Assembly (NCBI GenBank): GCA_964057225.1
Contig: OZ059899.1
Location: 15,562,001 to 15,626,000, forward strand
Reading direction: 5' to 3'
DNA: 64,000 nucleotides
Source of the DNA: Auanema rhodensis
Lineage: Eukaryota > Animalia > Nematoda
The notes beneath the pieces were generated by a model. That model made no database searches. It saw nothing but the letters and a program-made list of their open reading frames with translations, and was not told where the DNA came from. Positions 1 through 12,319 of this stretch are shown piece by piece; the stretch's first letter is position 1, and every line of letters starts with the position of its first letter. Both the position numbers and the translations under genes were made by a program.

Positions 1-1047
1 ACACCTGTATTTCAAGACAATCTTGTGATGAACATTTCCTCATTTTCATTCCAAAAATATGATGAAAAGCATGTTGAAGCCTAGTAAGAATGAATGAATC
101 TCATCCATCGTTTTCAGTCTTTATCATCATTGTCTTCATCTTCATCATCTTATTCTTCTTCTTCTTCTCTTTCGCCGTCTTCTTCTTCTTCTTCTTCATC
201 ATCATCATCACAATCAAGCATGACATCAATCTGAAAACGAAGATCATCTCCTTGTCGTTGTCGTCGTCACCAATTTCCATTTTCGTTCTGCATCGTTCAA
301 CTATGGTGGTGATGGTGTGTATGTGTATGCATGTGTGTATGTGGTGGTAGTAGGATGGATGGATGAATGGATGGAGAGAGAGGAAGGGTGCTTGCTTCAT
401 AATACATCGGGTTATAGACTTTTTGCTTGTTCGCAATAGTTATCGACGACAGTATAGAATAAAAAAAGTGAGAAAGATTGGACTGAAGGAGAGAGACTGG
501 ATGTCTAACTGGACCGTCAACTCCTAGTCGTCGTCGTCGTCGTTGTCGTCGTCGTATACGATGCTTGTCTGTATCTGTAGTAAGCCAAATCATATACTGC
601 TATTAGACGATATGAGTCTTTTCATTGTTGTCATTCATTATCTTTTCCTTTTTCATATACAAAACCATTAATTGAACATCTTATTGATAACTATGCAAAT
701 ATTGAGATCAAATGAAGAATTTTTTTTGTCTCTTATGACCTCCATCATCTATCCAATCTTCCATTCAGAGCCCGCCAAACCCTCCGGCATACGACATGTT
801 CTCATCGTTTCAGAACTTCAGCAGTTAACGAAACAAACCATAAGGATTAGAAGAGGAAAAGATGATAGATGAAAGGTGCATGAGAGAGTCAAAAGACAGA
901 GAGAGAAATAGAGATAGCGATAGAGCAGAAGATAGTCAATCTGTAGTCTGGCGGATGGCTGATTATGAGACAACATATGTATTATAAGATACATACTTAT
1001 CAAATTCTTTATTAAGAATTGAAACATTCTTTTCAAAATCTACGATT

Positions 1048-1075
1048 TCTCTCTCTTTCTCTCTCTCTCTTTCTT

Positions 1076-1118
<43 letters not shown>
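1048..1118. repeat. Compound (CT)n(AT)n microsatellite
   Basis: Imperfect CT run followed directly by an AT run at 1091-1118. Confidence 0.95.
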
Positions 1119-1121
<3 letters not shown>

Positions 1122-1595
1122 AACTGTTCTTACTTATATTATTTATGCTGAAATCATACACCTTTGATACTTTTTAATATTTTAAATTTCTCTTTTATAT
1201 TTTTATTTTTAAGACTTTATTTCACTTCTTCCCAAACTTTTCTTCCTCTTTCTCTTTTTCTTTCATTATCTGTTTTGTTTTCTTTAATTTATTTTCGTAA
1301 AATTGATTTCATTATAGTTACAGTCGAATTTATATTTTTTTTTATTTTCAGAAAAACTTATACAAACATACTTTTAAAATCTTAAACATATTATATGGAA
1401 TTGATTCACCCCCTGCAGTAGGTTTGGCTTTTAATTATGATTTGTTTTTATTTTTGTTGACACGCTGTTTGTTATTGACTTTCTTTATATTTTCTTTTTT
1501 TTTTCAAATATTGTTTTCACTATTATTACTTTATTAACACTTCTTCTTCATTTCTTTCTATTCATTTTTCTTTAATTAGCATACGTGCGATTAGT

Positions 1596-1720
1596 TCACG
1601 TTTTCTACATGAAAATGCGATTGAAGTTCATTTGTTCAGTTTTGCAGATATTGCGCGCGGTTGTTCTTCGTTGCTCAGACTTTTTTTCTTTGCGTTTTTC
1701 TTACCTCTTAACATACTCTC
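1596..1720 (+). repeat. Dispersed ~125-bp element, copy 1
   Basis: TCACGTTTTCTACATGAAAA..ATTGAAGTTCATTTGTTCAGTTTTGCAGATATTGCGCGCGGTTGTTCTTCGTTG..TTACCTCTTAACATACTCTC; aligns by eye with 10944-11070. Confidence 0.8.
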
Positions 1721-1740
1721 TCTATTTCTCGTTTTTTCTG

Positions 1741-1777
<37 letters not shown>

Positions 1778-2605
1778 TTAGCTTTCCTTAACTTTTGATA
1801 TTTTCGTTTTTCTTTTCATTCATTACTATTTGAATCATTGTATTCCATTTAATTGAAATATTTAGTTATATAGAGTAGTTAATCCTTTGTTTTTATATAT
1901 TAACTATATAATATATAGATATAGATAATATTCATTATCTATCTCTTTCAATTCTTCTTCTATCTTTACTATAGAAATCAGATGTTCTACCTCTTTATTA
2001 TTTTTTTTTTCAAATTATTTTCATTTGTTAAAGTCAAGTATCCATTTCATCTTTAATTATTCGCTTATTTAGAGTATAATGCAGCACAGAAAAATGAGCT
2101 TAAATTAAGAGCAAAATTGGAAGAGACAAATGAATAAAGAGAGTGGAAACAGAGAGAGAGAGAAAGAGAAAGAGACAGTATAAGATAGAGAGAAATCTAT
2201 TGAGAGCATGGATTTGAGAGCCTAAGAATATAAAGATTTCACAAATTTTTTGCAAAAAAAATCGGCTAAATCAACGCGCCTATCGACACTATTTCGTTTC
2301 CTCTCTCCCTCTCTCTCTCTACCTCTAACTATCTATCTTTTTCGTTTCTTTTTATATTTCTTCATCTTTCTCCTTTGCGTTTCTTCGGCTTTCTGTTGTT
2401 CATTGAAAAAAATTCAGAAATTACTCTTGTTATCTCATATTTTCTTGTGCTTTCTCTGCATCTCGCACTCCGGTAGCATCCCTAGTTCCAAACATTCACT
2501 TTGCTTTTTTTCTTTTTATGTGATTTTGCTCCCAGAATATTCAACCACCATCATTCCTCTCATTTACGTAGTTTCCTTATTTTAAGAGATTGTCTTCTAT
2601 AAATT

Positions 2606-2621
2606 TCTCTCTCTCTCTCTC

Positions 2622-2680
<59 letters not shown>
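2606..2680. repeat. (CT)n microsatellite
   Basis: About 75-bp CT run with one interruption. Confidence 0.97.
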
Positions 2681-2684
<4 letters not shown>

Positions 2685-3814
2685 CGGCTCAATTTTGATC
2701 TGCTCATATTATTTTACCTAATGAATTGATTGTTCTTTAGAGCAACAGATTCCATATTTTCAAAAATTACTATTTTGTAGTTTTCTAGTATTCTTTTCAT
2801 GATCACTTTGAAAATGGTCTATAGTTGTGATATTTGTATTTCAATCATCATTCATGTAACACATACATACCCAACTATTGTCTTGATTTACAATAAGTAA
2901 TAGGTAGAGTATAAGAAATGTTCTGGTGAAAGCAAGGATTCGAGAAAAACGAGGAGGAACTATGGTTGAGAGATAGAGGTAAAGGGACAAAACGATAGAT
3001 TGATAGACATATTGATAGATAGAGAGAAAGAAAGAGAATGAGAGAGAAAAAGAAAAAGAGTTAGGTATGGGAGAGAGAATGTAGAAAATCGTTTCATACC
3101 ATAAGCGGACCCCTAAGGAACGATCAATATGATTCACCACTTTAGATAGTGTTGCTGTATGGTCTTAAAGAAAGAAAAAAGTGGATGATGATGATTATAG
3201 TGAAGAAATGAACTGATTGCAACACATACACACCAAAAACCAGCTGATATTTTAATCGTTTGGGCTCGAAAAAAAACTTTTTTTTTCAATCAAAAGGAAA
3301 GAAAAGGAAGAAAATCTTACCTGTACCTGAGATAATCATGAGAAGCTATATGTATTCATTTGAAATAAAATTAATCGAATTAGAGGAATAACTTGAAATA
3401 TTAGTTGATCGTCTACCTCTGATTCTCTTTAATGCTCTAATTCTATTCATCATCATCTTAGTCTTCTTCATTATATTTTCTATGTTCTTTCATCTTCTTT
3501 TTTTTTGTTCTTAGTAGTCAATCTTGCCTCTCTTTCTTTCTTGTCTTTTCTTCATTTTATTTCTAATTTTCTAAATTTTCATTTGAGATCTATCTATCTA
3601 TGAGAAAGAACATTGACACATCTTCTGAATGTTTTTGTTTATTTGATCCTATTATGCTTGCTTGTCTCCATCTCTTAATAGGACAATCAATGAAATTAGT
3701 TGTAAACGAACTTTCAATCATCCAAACGGGTGATAAGAACTACTCTTATGAATGGTATTACTTTACTACAACCAAAGAGTAACTTGGATTGAACTTCTTC
3801 TGTCTTTTCTCTTC

Positions 3815-3831
3815 CTCTCTCTCTCTCCCTC

Positions 3832-3883
<52 letters not shown>

Positions 3884-3890
3884 TCTCTCT
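3815..3890. repeat. (CT)n microsatellite
   Basis: Long imperfect CT run. Confidence 0.95.
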
Positions 3891-4578
3891 CCCTGTTTTC
3901 TTCCTTTTTTCGAGCATAGGCTTCAACTTTTTTTCCCTGTGTGCTTCAAATTTGCTGTAGTGCTTGTGTAGATTCAGCAAAAAAAGTGCAGTTGATATAA
4001 TTTATTTGAATTTCCAACTTGATGAAAAGCTTGATTCTTTAAAATCCAAAGCATTGAGCTGTCATGATTCATGTCTATTACATAAGATTTAAGCATGAAC
4101 CTTTAAGCATTAATGTAAATTAGAGATTTTTCAAATAATTTGTTCATAAATTATGTTTTCCATTTAGACACACGTCGATTAATCTTCATTCAAGTTGGTC
4201 TTATGCTCGGCTCAACGAAGTCAGACCTGTACTTGTGTGGAATAAAGTGCAATTCCTTACCCTCTCTCTCTCTCTATCTCTCTCTATCTTCTATTTCTTT
4301 TTGTCTTGCTCTCTATATTGTCTTCTATATCTATGTTTCTCTAATAATTCTCACCGATTACAGCCTTTACTACTCTTATTCCCATTCTCTTATAACTCTC
4401 GTTTTCTTGTTCAATTAAAATAAATAAATGGGGACCAGGAAATCCTGGAGAAGAAGAAGAAGAAGGGGACTACGTTGAAGAAGAGTTTGTCTACTACTTC
4501 ATCTCTTTCTTAACTCAAAAATTGAAATTTCATATGAATTTCTGTTTTGTTTCTCTGTTTTTTGTTTTCTACATCATA

Positions 4579-4636
4579 TTCTTCTTCTTCTCCTTCTTCT
4601 TCTTCTTCTTCTTCTTCTTCTTCTTCTTCTTCTTCT
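4579..4636. repeat. (CTT)n microsatellite
   Basis: TTC trinucleotide run with one interruption; a similar run lies at about 8748-8779. Confidence 0.95.
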
Positions 4637-6412
4637 CTTATTCAATCTGTTCGAACTTTATTCTTATGGAATAAAACAAAACGTCTCTCACTTAATACGT
4701 TTACTAGGCTGTAGAGCGAAAGCGGGTGAAGGAGGCGGGGAAAAGGAACGATGAGAGGGTGTGAGAGTGAACATGCTGGTAAAGAGGTTGAATAAAGAAA
4801 TATTGATGAAGGAGAGTATGGACTAAGAAAATGATGTGGAAAACAAGGAGAGAGAGAGGGTGGAGGTGATGTTGTCCTTCTACCTGTTTATTGTTGGGTG
4901 TTGATGTTTGAGTGAACATATAATACACGGCTGGTCTTCTCGTTTGCTGTCAGCCTCGTTACTTTTCATTTATCTCAGATTCTAGGCTTTGTCACCTGAA
5001 CTCCTTCCTCTTCTTCTTCTTTTTCTTCCTCTTCTTTTCCTCGTTTTTCTCTTGTTCTCATGCTTTTGCTTTAACTGCTTTCTTGCCATTTGCTTGCTTC
5101 TAGTGTGACATCAACCAGATTACTCCCAAATTCTGTACGATTTTACTCACTTCCTCTCTTTCGATGTCTGTTCATCGTCATTGTGGACTTGAACTTTTAG
5201 AATTTATTCACGCGCAACCACTATCACAGCTGATATTTCGGAGCTGCTCTTTCAATTCTCGTCAGAGACTTGAGGCAGGCATTCCTAGAAATAGCACGGA
5301 ACACTAAAATCCAGTCGATGAGCTGTTGCTTATACAAGAGAAACAACATATCTCTGCTTCCAGTTTTTTATTCATTCTGAACTCTCAACTCTTCTTTTCC
5401 GGCCAAACCGTTCTTCTTGTATTTTAAAGATCTCTCTCTCTCTCTCTCTCTCTCTCACTCGCCCACCCTCAATTCCTTCTCTCTCTCGCCTCGTGTCTCT
5501 CTATCTATATCTTTCCATCTCTCTCTAGCTCTGTCTTCAAAGCATCATTGATTCTTAGCAACATCATCATCTTGTTCATTATATCTTTTGACCGTTCTCT
5601 GTACTGATCATATTTGCATCATCATACCAAATGCATGTTCTCTTCTTTCTCTTTGTCTCCTTACTCTGCTCTTACCTCCCTCCTTCTCTCCCTCTCTCTC
5701 TCTTTTATTTCCACCTCCTCCTCCTCCTCCTCCATTACTTTTTCTTGATTGTCATCATCATCTTACTAATTTGCCTTTTTTTAAAATTTCTATTCTCTTG
5801 TTCTCCTGATTGCAACCTACTATTAATCTTCATGTTTTGCCTATCCTCTTCGTTCCTTCTTCATGTTTCCATTGCTTTCCTTTCTACTGCCTGTTTCCTA
5901 CTATCTGCGAGGTTGTTTGTTGATGTGGATGTGTCTTCTCGTGTCTCTTCATCTCTATTCTCCCAGTTTACCACTGTCACTCTGCTACATCTATATGTGC
6001 TGTATGCTTTTACCCTCGTTTTCTCACACACTCTACTATGCAGGCCTTATATTTCTTCTTATTTTTTCTCTACTAATCTTCATCTCGTTTACTATTTTCA
6101 ACTATCTTTATAGTAAGCGACTACTACTAACTAGTGCCCTGCTCTCTCAATCTCCTCTCTCTCACTCTCTCTCTCTCTCTCACTCTCTCTCTGTTGCATG
6201 TTGTCTCGCTATCTCTCTTTTCCTTATTTGGTGCTTTTCTTGTTCAAAAACGACTGCAAGCTGTCTTGAATTTCCTCTTGGCCTCATTCCATGAAAGTTG
6301 TTTGGAATCGTCCTAGTGCTCTTCTATACTGCACATGCCCGAAAAAGAAACTTATGGAGCCAGCAATTGAAAATGGCTATCTCTCACTCCCTCTTTCTCC
6401 CTTCTTCTGTTC

Positions 6413-6448
<36 letters not shown>

Positions 6449-9400
6449 ATCATTTTCATTTTTTTATCAAATGACTCTCACTCTCTCTCACCGGTTCTCT
6501 TCTAACTTTGAAATAATGCAAAAAAAGCCCAATGTCATGGCTTGGAACGAACTACTTTTTATTTTCCCTTCATCCACCCTCACACTCCTTTTCCCCTTCA
6601 TCTCTCGTTCTCTCTATCCAGCTTGCTCTTCCTATTGTTGCTCTTATTCATTAGATTCTCAATAGTTCTCTAGGTTTGAGTGGGTCTAACAAGACGATCA
6701 TCTTCATTATTTTGTCAATTTCCATATCAAGTTTCTAATTTTTGGACTTAATTGCATAATTTCTTCCAACTCATACGCTGCTTTGTCTTGTGGTAATTCA
6801 TTCCCTCTCCTTCTCTTTCTCTCTCTCTTTATCTCCCTCTCTCTCCATTCTGTATTTTGATATCTCTTTAGTAAAAACAGAGTTTGTTTCAATCTCCGGG
6901 AGGATAATATGAAGAAACTCACTGGCTTGATATATACGATATGCGTTCAATCCGAGAGAGATCAGAGAAAAAAAGAAAAAGAGTATGAAAGAGAGAATGG
7001 CAAACAAGGAGAGTCGGGTTTGACGCCTTCTGGTTGCAGATGAATGCTATGGTGTTTTGGCTAATCTGCGTTTCTCTGCTGTCTGTTCAGTCTACTCTAG
7101 TTGCGATAGCAGTGCTTCATCGCTATCTCTTCTTCCCTACCTCTCTGCAACCTCCTTGAATCTTTTTATATTTCGTTCTCGTCTCACATCATCGTCGGAG
7201 TTAGAAAGAAACAATGAATGTAGTATAGCTTAATTAGAGACTAAGCTAGACAAGCAGAGAAAAAAAGAAAGAAAAGGAGAGTATGAGAAGAGTTATTCGT
7301 CCGGGCATTGGTCACCTGGCACAGCCCCGACTGGGGGCCGTCAATGTGAGTGACCTCAGTACGAGCGGTGAACGACGCATACAGGACACAAGAACATAGA
7401 GAGAAAAAGAAAAACGATAGATAGATAGTAAGATAGCAAGATTTAATGAGAGAGTATATAGAATAAGATATAGAAATATGTATAGATAGAAGGCACATAT
7501 CAGAGAGATTGAAGAGAGGGAGAGAGAGAGAGAGAAAGATAGACAGAGTTTCCCGGCCTTCTGTTGGTCCTCGTCTTCCGCTGTTGGATTCTTGTTTCTT
7601 GATTGCTGTCAGTAGCTCTATGTGTTGTTTCTAATTGTCATTTATATGTTTTTTTCACTGCATTTAGTCTCGATTTCCCTTCCTCAAATCAGTCTGCAGC
7701 TCTGGTTTCATCTTTTCCTGCTCATGAACGAGGTTCAGTTTCTTTCTCTTCGTCTCGCACAGACACAGATACACTCATTCCTTATCTCTTCTCCTTCCCC
7801 CTCTCTTTCTCTCTATATCTCTTTATATCTCTCATTCTCAAAGAGTTCCATCACATGTAGGATGTGACAATATGATGTAGCCAGAGGTATTTCATAGCGG
7901 AATGGTGAATGAAAAGCTTGTCGCATCTCTCAAGTTGGTCATCATACGCGTCTGTGTGGTCGATACAAGCGCATATCGTCTGTCTTGTCTGTCTGCTACA
8001 CGTTCACCATCAGTCCCAGCATTGACATTCCCATTTGCTACAATCAACAGTCACATCTACATTCCTCATACTCTTCTTCATTTAGAATAAATTTGAAGAT
8101 GCATTAACATCATCAGAATGCAAGTTGTTGCGTCTTTTCGTCTGTTGTAATAAACGGTTAGCGTTTTCCTTCAATTGCTCCACATAATCACAGCTGTTTA
8201 TATGGAACATATATATATATATGTAGAGAGAGATAGAGAGAATGACTGTCTTCTACAGAATCGATCAGATGCTTCTTAAGCATAGCATGATGGACAGGCT
8301 ATCCATGTTCCATGCTACTATGCTATGTATGTGTATGTGTATAGTATATCTGAATCTCTATTCATATATACCGTCTACATGAAAATCTTTAGCTTGATTA
8401 ATCTTTCACTTGTAACTATATGAAATTATGGTAATTACTACTTAATCTCTTTTATGATCAACGGTCAAGTAGTAATAGAGAGAGACATTTATAGTTTATG
8501 AATGAATGAAATCATATAGTTAAGCTGATAGGATGATAGTAATTGTTCTCAGTTTGTACTGACATCTGAATACGAGGGAAAAGAGAAATTGAGAGAATGA
8601 GATATATCGGAGCATGAGACCAACAAGTCAAAGTTGCAGAAGTTCATGAACTGAATGATACAGCATACTCTCACATCCATTCATACCATCATTTACGTCT
8701 CAAAGCTGATGTGACGACACCACGGAGAACTCTTGCTTCATCGTCGTCTTCTTCTTCTTCTTCTTCTTCTTCTTCTTCTGCTGTCCGCAAATATTGAGAT
8801 TTCAGAATAAAATACATGCTTTATACGAGCCATTCAAAGCATCCAAATTGTTTCATTACTTTGCTCTTTCTTTCTCTCTTTCTCTCCTTCTTTCCCTTCA
8901 TATTATTTTCTCTCTCTCTCTCTTTTCCTTTCTTTCTCTCTCTCTCTATCTAACTATCTTATTAACATATTGTCTTTCTAACTCTTTTCTCTTCTTCTGC
9001 ATCTATTGTATCTCAACTCATCTACCACCTTGATCTATCTAGCTCTCTGTCTCTGTCCTTTTTCCTCTCAGTTTTCCTCCCCAACCACACACAGATACGC
9101 ACACACACACACACACACACACACAGCCTACCACATCTACCACCCTCTATCTCCTCCCTCTCTCAACCCCGTTCCGTTCTGTCTCATCCTCTCTTTGTAG
9201 CCTATCTCTTAGCCCACACATACATACGCCATACTCTCTTCCTCGTCAGTATTATTCTCATCATCTGACCTAAAGGTGACTGCAAATCCGGAAACTAAAT
9301 CAAGGAGGACATATCCTCTAACCAGCGAACTTCTTTTCCTTTTGGCTAAATCTATCATATTCGGTAACGATATCTACACTGTGACTTGTCATTTCAACAT

Positions 9401-10943
9401 ACCTCATTACCTCTCTCTCTCTCTCTTTCATTGCTTTTGCCAATAGCAAATCTTAATCGAAAACCTAACCATTTTTCGTTCACTTCTCCACCTTTATCAT
9501 ATTCTCTCTGTCTCTTTCTCTGGTTATCTCTTTACCTGTATCTCTCTGTCACTCCTCCTCTCCCCTTTCTCTTTATCGTTCTTCCTCGAAACTCTCTTAA
9601 CTATTCATATTTACTCATGGTTATTACGTATGACAATATGATTGATCTATCGTCCTGATATGCTAATGATTCCGAAATACTTGTTGTGTTGATCTTATGC
9701 TTCTTGGCCTCTCCTAATTGATTTTTCAATTTTCACCTTGTTTATGATTGACTGACTGACTAAACTGCTTGTCTGGCTTCGATATACCGTCATTCTCATC
9801 ATTTAATCTCCATCCTCTTGGAAACTATCGTTCATTAAACTGAAACTATTTTATTCAATTTAAGCTTCTATTCTACTATTCTATATATAAGCTTTACTAG
9901 AATATTCTCTTTAACTATATCATATAATTATTGTAATCTTTCAAGTTTTGTGAACCACAAACTGACATTATGTGTTAGTCGTTGTATGTATTTCAATGTT
10001 TTTTTTACTTTTTTCTTTATCTTCTTCCTATCTCTTGAACCTTTTTTCTCCTTTTCTGACCATATTCATCTTCCTCATCTTTCCTTTTTTTATTCTTTTA
10101 CATACTCATTCTTCTTTATTTCTCTCTCTTTCTCTCTGATTTCCCTCAGTCTCTCTTTCTATCTATACCATAATGTCCTCAGGGGCTTACGATTTGTCTT
10201 CTTGTTCACTGTCCTTGAACCATCTTCATCAAGGTACATCTCAACCACCTTCTCCGTGTTATCTAATGAACTAAGGATTTGTTTTATTTGGCTATAAAAT
10301 GATATTTTCTCGTAATTTGTTCCCCAAAAATTATGAAATGTTGATTGTTTTTCTTATTTCATCTAATCGTTTTCGTTTCTTTCTATCTTGTATAAGTCTC
10401 ACTCTCTCAACTCTTAAAAGTCTGTCTCTCGCTGGGGAAGGATGAGAACTAGAGATAGAGAGTAGTGGTAGGGGCTATGCAGAAACAAGAAGCAGCTCGT
10501 CATCTTATTAAGGTCATCATCATAAAGGCCGGCTGTCATAGTCAATTGGAGTGAGAGACAGCCACAAGCAGCTAAAGACTTCGCCAGCTTTCTCTCTGTT
10601 TTGCTTCACCATATCCGACATACTTGCAGCTTATTATAAGCCATTTCGAACAGTTCTTTTCCATCCCCTCTGAACAGCTTTTTCTCTATTTACTTGTGCA
10701 CCCAGAACAGTGTCTTTTTCTCTCCCTCTCTCTCTATCTATCTATCTCTCTCTCTCTCCTATCTACTATCTCCAACAGCTTGTTCATACATATTCTTTTT
10801 TGAACACATTTCTATCAACAGCCTAAATACCACCGGTGATTCTCCATCTACTGCTGTAGGCTGTTGTACCTGTTATGTCGGTACATCACACAAACATTCT
10901 GTCAGAACACTACGCACTCATCTCAACATTCTCATACCTAATA

Positions 10944-11070
10944 TCACGCTTTCCACGTGAAAAAGCCTAATAGCCAAATTGAAGTTCATTTTTTTTGTTT
11001 TGCAGCTAGTGCGCGCGGTTGTTCTTCGATGTTTAGGTTCATTATTTTCTTTACCTTTAAACGTATTCTC
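10944..11070 (+). repeat. Dispersed ~125-bp element, copy 2
   Basis: TCACGCTTTCCACGTGAAAA..ATTGAAGTTCATTTTTTTTGTTTTGCAGCTAGTGCGCGCGGTTGTTCTTCGATG..TTACCTTTAAACGTATTCTC; same orientation as copy 1. Confidence 0.8.
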
Positions 11071-11940
11071 ATTTCTCTCTCTCTATCTCTCTCCCTCTTC
11101 TTTTCCACTTCTACTACATCTACAGCTTTCTTTTTTATTGATGTTTCTTTCTAGTTGATGTTATTGTTGTTGTTGTTGTTGTTGTTGTTCCTTTTAGTTT
11201 AGTCTTGTCAGCTTTCAGAATATGAAGAAACATCTTCAAAATTCTCATCATTATTCATCGTATTCGTACTTTTTTAACTTTTAATTATGTTATATGTATA
11301 TTTTATTATTATTATTTTTTTTAATATTTACAGATTGTTCCACTCATGTTGTCTACTTTTCACGTGTTTTATAGCTATTTTGTTATTTATTTTCTATTTT
11401 CTGTCGATATTTTTAAAATCAGATATTTGTTTTCATTTTTTTTCAAAGCAACTTGATTCTTAATACAACTTCTCTAAATACTTGAATTCTTTATTAACTT
11501 ACTATCTAATATACATATACTATATGATATAACCTTCTATCTGCATATCTTCTCTCTTTCAAACTGGTGCTCTTCTCTCCACAATCCTATTTCAACTTTT
11601 GCGATGACTTTTTGTAGTTTCTGATCAAAGAATTTATCCAAACAACGTCCGTCTTTCCTTTTTTTCTCATTCGCCTCAATCTTGTTCTTGTTCTTCATCG
11701 TATGTTCATGTTGTTATGTCTTCATATTTCATTTGATGACTATGTATATGGAAACTACTTCATTCAACAATGAGAAACGTTTACTAAACATCGGTCTTTC
11801 CCCGTTTTTTCGTGTTTTTCCTCATGATGGTGGAAGATGATGATGAAGATGATGAACAACATCATCCTAATCATCATCGTCATTGTCGTCTTTTCATTGT
11901 TTTATTTCATTTTGAATTTCTTTTTTTGTTCAAATTCATA

Positions 11941-11947
11941 TTTTCAG
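11941..11947 (+). promoter_or_regulatory. TTTTCAG acceptor 1 nt before the ATG; likely SL trans-splice site, or the acceptor for an unseen upstream exon
   Basis: Exact nematode acceptor consensus directly ahead of ATG 11949, preceded by a T-rich tract. No convincing upstream coding exon was seen. Confidence 0.6.
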
Positions 11948-11948
11948 A

Positions 11949-12285
11949 ATGCCTGGCGAGGCTGATAGACTTCGTCGATCAAAAAGAAATAAATTCTTCT
12001 TAGACGTATCTTCACTTGGCACTACAGACCGACGTCGGACACAGCCGGTACGTAATCACTTTTACGCTTTTTCAAGCATTTCAAATGAAACAAAGAAACT
12101 GAAATTATCATTTTCATTGTTCTGCTGCTTTCAGGTGCCACAATTATCTCCATGTCGTGAAGATCCTAAAACACGAACACAATCAGCAAGTCCAATGAGG
12201 GCAGGCTCCAGTGCCTCATCTGTAAGACTTAAAACTTTATCTTTCTAGGTTATCAATAAGAAATATGAAAAAGATAGAGAGAGAA

Positions 12286-12319
<34 letters not shown>

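Noticed and set aside
101-240. Acidic D/E-rich reading on the minus strand after a TTTTCAG
   Set aside because: There is an in-frame TAA inside the tract; it is explained by GAA/GAT trinucleotide repeats.
8712-8732. CACCACGGAGA resembling the core of a REST RE1 site
   Set aside because: Only a partial match, lacking the TTCAG 5' part and the GCGCC 3' part. A single instance is compatible with chance.
90-11154. Many short F/L/S-rich ORFs in the upstream region
   Set aside because: These are translations of CT/CTT microsatellites with no domains and no consistent exon chain.
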